DNA from: the human T2T-CHM13v2.0 reference genome, Homo sapiens
NCBI RefSeq assembly: GCF_009914755.1
Contig: NC_060929.1
Strand: one strand, 5' to 3'
Length of the DNA stretch: 64,000 bases
Shown in pieces: positions 59,630 through 64,000 of this stretch (positions are counted from its first letter, which is position 1; every line of letters starts with the position of its first letter). Both the position numbers and the translations under genes were made by a program. The notes below the pieces were generated by a model. The model saw nothing but the letters and a program-made list of their open reading frames with translations. It was not told the origin of the DNA and did no database searches.

Positions 59630-62560
59630 AATTTCCTTTTTCAAATGGCACTTTTATTGTGAAACGTAATACAGTAAAAATTGTCTATTCTTCCAAAAAA
59701 GTGCATAAGCATAAATGTATAACCTAATGTGTATGGTAAACACCTGGGCAGTCATTAAATAGCTCAAGAAATACAACATTGTTGGCTACAGATTTGTAAT
59801 GGCCTTGACATCCAATACAGCAAGTGCTCCCAAGTTGTTCTTTGGGAGTATTGTAGTTCTTCTTCACTCCTTGTTATTCCACTTAAATCTTAGGCACAGA
59901 TTTTCAAGTTCCTAATAAAAATCCTGCTGGGATTTTGATTTTGACTGCATTGGATTTATAGATCAATATGGCAAGAATTTACTTCTTTATAGTATTGAGT
60001 CTTCTAATCTGTGAACACAGTATATGTATCAATTATTTATTTAGGTCTGTTTTTCTCATAAATTTGTATAATCATCTCTGTATAAGTCTGGCATATCTTT
60101 TGGCAGATTTTTTTTCTAAGTATTTGATATTTTATAATAGTGTAAATGTTCTCTTTATTTAAATTTTATTCTTTTTATATTTTGTCATTTACAAATAAAA
60201 TTGAATTTTGTATTTTTGTATATTTTTTATCCTGCAAATTTGCTCAGCTATCTTTTCAATTATAATAAGGACACTGTGGATTCTTTAGATTTTTAAATAT
60301 ACAAAACCATACATGTACAAATAATGATAATTTTGGCTCTTTATTTTTTATTCTTACACCTTTTCTTTTCTTGCCTTCCAGCACCAGGTAGGGCTTCCAG
60401 CACAATGTGAAATGGAAGTGTTGGTGGAAGACAACCTGTCTTGAAAGGGAAACTTTCAGTATTTCTTTTTTATTCGCCAAATTCTTTTTTTAGCTTTCTT
60501 TTCATTAATACATAATAGATGTACATATTTTCAAAGTACATGTGATCATTTAATGCACTCATATAATTTGTAAGGATCAAGTCAGTGTAACTGGGATTTT
60601 CATCACCTTAAACATTTGTCTTTTCTACTTTCAATATTTTGACCACTGAGCAGAATGTATGTTGTAGGTGTTTAGAGATATTCTTTGTCCAATTGAGGAT
60701 GTTTATTTTATCCTTAGGTTACCATGAGGGTTTTTAAAAATCATGATGGATATGGAATTTCTCAAGATCTGGAACTAAGTTGCTCATTATTACTGGATTC
60801 TCATTGGTTCTAACCTTTTCAGTGAGCAGATCTAGGAATGGGCACAGCCATATATGTACATAGATCTATATCTATTTCTATATCTATTCATCTGTGTGTG
60901 TATATCCGTGACTTGAGTTTATAACTGATACCTCCAATTCCAATCCAACATCACAGAATTCCTTCTAGTCTTCATCCTTTCCTTATTTGCAATTCCTTTC
61001 TCCAACAAGACTTCTGGACCACATTAGCCACAATATACTTACTTGTTTTCTCAGTCATAGAGTACACATAAAGTAATTTTAGAATTTCTAACGCATGTAA
61101 CAGTGAAAAATAAATTCACTAACTAGAGTACTATCTGTATAGTTAATTTTGTCCTTAGCCTTAGAGTTATTAATTATTTTACAAAGTTACTTAGCTTTGT
61201 CCTTCTCTCCCCTCCCACCTCCTTGACTGGGATTATATTGTTGATTAGTATTTTAGTTAGGTATATTTGTTCACGTTTTTATTCCATTTGGGGTTGCTTC
61301 CACATCTGAGATGAATTTAATTTTTCAAAACTGGAAGTACAATAAGATTTTGAAATAAAATGAGTGTGAAACATGACCATGGTTCTACAAGTCAGAACTG
61401 TATGAAAGAGCACACTCAGAGCAGAGCCACTAGTCACCTTCTGCCCTGCCTCGGTCCCTCGTGCTTGCCACCCTATTCCCACCCACACTTTGTAGTCATT
61501 ATTTTCTCTTTTATTCTTCCTGGGTTGTTTTTTGTGTTTGTGTGGGGTTTTTTTTTCCATAAACAGGCAGACAAACTAAGATAGCTTACCATAGATATGC
61601 TTTCATACTTTGCTTTTTATATACTTAATGGTATCCTGGAAACCACTTTCTATCAATTCATAAATATCTTCCTCATTAATTGTATTACTGCTGTATAGTA
61701 CTCCATAATTTATCCAACTACTCTTCTTTATGTAGAAACTTATAATACCTCTAATATTTTGCAATGCATGCAATGGAATAATGAATAACCTTGTGAATGT
61801 GTATTTGTATTGCTGGAGGTATAGATTTCTAGAGTTGGGATTGCCTGATCAAAAGGTAAGTGCCTATACAGCTTTGCTAGAAATGATCAACTTCTCTTAG
61901 AATGGTTGTACCAGTTTGCATTTGCACCAACAATTTATAATACTTTTTCCCTACATCTTTGCAAAAGAATGTGTTGTCATACATTTTAACAAGTGTTGAT
62001 CAGATTGGCAAGAAATGTATTCTCAATGTTTTAATATTTATTTATCTAATTATTAGTGACTTTGAACATCTTTTTATTTGCACAAGAGCTATTTTCATAC
62101 CATTTTTTTTCTGTAAATTGTCTTCCCTGTCTTTTCCTCATTTTCTATTGGTTTTGCCCCTTTGTCCCTCAAGTTTTAAGAGTTCTTTGTACATTAGGGA
62201 TGTTAGTCCTTGGTTTGTGATATATGTTGAAAATATACTCTATTAGTATATAAGTTGTCTTTTGACTTTGATGTGGTTTTTGCCATGCAATATTCTTTGT
62301 TATTGTTGCTATCAAGTTTTTTTAATTGTTTCTTTTATTCCTTCTGTATTTTGAATAAGTTAGAAAGACTTCCCCTATACTGAGATTAAAAAGAAAATTT
62401 CCCATGTTTTTCTTCTAGTCTTTGTATGGTTTTAGTTTTTACATTTTGATCCCTAATCCTCTTGGAGTTCCTTCTTATGTAGGGATCTAATTTCATATTT
62501 TTCCAAATGGCTTCCCAGTTTTCTTGGTATCATTTATTTAAAAGTCCATCCATCCAATTG
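59630..62560 (-). mobile_element. Composite of old L1M fragments
   Basis: T-rich reverse-L1 remnants (ctgctgggattttgatt...tttatagatcaat; ttgtaccagtttgcatt; cccagttttcttggtatcatttatt); boundaries approximate. Confidence 0.7.
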
Positions 62561-62654
62561 CAGCATGGTACCCTGGATTTGATTCTGGACTTGATGTCTG
62601 AACCTCCATGTCCTCCTTGGTAATACGTGATAGTATCTTTTTAAAAAATCTGTG

Positions 62655-63378
62655 TGCCCTTACTCAAGTCAGAATGGTCATTATTAAAAAGTAAAAAAAA
62701 ACAATAGCTGTTGGCGTGGATGTGGTAACAAGAAGGAACACAAATGCACTGCTAGTGGGGATGTAAATTAGTACAACCTCTATAAAAAAACAATACGGAG
62801 ATTTCTCAAGGAACTAAAAGTAGATCTACTGTTCGATCCAGCAATCTCACTACTGGGTATCTACCCAAAGGAAAAAAAGTCATTCTATTAAAAAGGCACC
62901 TACATGCCTATGTTTATTGTAGCACAATTCACAATTGCAAAGATACGGAACCAACCTAAGCGCGCATCAACTGATGAGTGGATAGAGAAAAGTTGGTATA
63001 TATATGCACCATGGAATACTACTCAGCCAAAAAAAGCCTCCAGCACTATACAAGTTGCTGCAAAAGACATTATTTTATGGCTAAGTGAAGTAACTCAAGA
63101 ATGAAAAACCAAATGCTGTATGTTCTTATTTATAAGTAAGAGCTGAGCTATGGGTACACAAAGGCATTCGGAGTGGTATAATGGACACTGGAGATTCAGA
63201 AATGGGGAGTGTGGAGAGGAGTGAGAATAAAAAAATGGCACATGAGGTACAATGTATACTACTTGGGTGACAGGTGCGCTAAAATCTCAGACTTCACCAC
63301 TATACAATTCATCCATGTAACCAAAAACCACTTGTGCCTCCAAAGCTACGGAAATTTTTTAAAAGTACCAAAAAAATT
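62655..63378 (+). mobile_element. L1MA-like 3' end with internal micro-inversion
   Basis: gtcagaatggtcattattaaaaag...gcgctaaaatctcagacttcaccactatacaattcatccatgtaaccaaaaaccacttgt. Confidence 0.9.
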
Positions 63379-64000
63379 CAGGTGTGCAATTTAAATGATA
63401 TAACCTATACACCATGGTAGGTCCCTGATGAATGTTAGTGGGACCACAGCCCAAGAAGCGTTAGCCTTAGGTGTGTCTATCTCATTCAATCCCATTGTAA
63501 TGGCTACAAATATGCAAAGATTATAACCCAGGTAGAGCCATAAATCACCATATTCATAAAACAATTTTACATCAGTTACAGAGCAGTATGTCAGATAAAA
63601 ATGCTGAAGATTTCAAAACCAAAAGTACAATTAAAGTTGGTTTTAGCTAATTTGAATATGTAGTTTTTGAGGCAGATCATAAAGAAAATTAGGAGTGAGA
63701 ATGTAAGAGGAGCAGTTGTGTTTGTGCATTCAGTGGCTCTTGGGCATGTTATTAAGCTGCTCAAACCAACACATCTTCCCCTTCTGTCTGACAACATGGA
63801 GAGAAAAGGTAGAAAAATGTATCTTTCCACTGGCCTTCCACAGCTAGTTGGGGAAAATAAAAGATAAAGGGGATCTCGTCTAAAATAGTTGCCTTTGAGC
63901 TTTAGTTAAACTAAAAATAATATGTGCTTGACTTACGCATAAACTTAAATTTTGTCCTGGCCCAGTTACTGACTTAAATAAACTGATTCCTGGCTAAAAA

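Overview
Human genomic DNA; it contains an AluYb8, a human-specific subfamily. The minus strand carries the 5' part of PCSK1 (prohormone convertase 1/3): promoter, CpG island and coding exons 1-9, all with GT-AG borders. These splice to 398 codons plus two bases covering the signal peptide, the prodomain with its RSKR cleavage site, and catalytic Asp167, His208, Asn309 and Ser382. Exons 10 onward lie left of the window. Intron 1 holds an alternative 13-codon first coding exon with no signal peptide. From about 28.4 kb to 64 kb the sequence is repeat-rich and non-coding (Alu, L1, MIR, L2, MaLR LTRs, MER DNA transposons). I found no new protein-coding system; nearly all ORFs in the track are chance or repeat-derived. 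The strongest unexplained signals are: (i) several templated-insertion or template-switch scars, namely a 45-bp copy from 2.1 kb away plus a snap-back inside an Alu, a 102-bp inverted duplication with nested hairpins splitting a MIR, and a micro-inversion in an L1; (ii) a non-canonically spaced RE1/REST site upstream of the promoter; (iii) inverted Alus around exon 7; (iv) an in-frame open extension of exon 9 carrying a perfect CRE. All alignments were done by eye; repeat subfamily names and boundaries are approximate.
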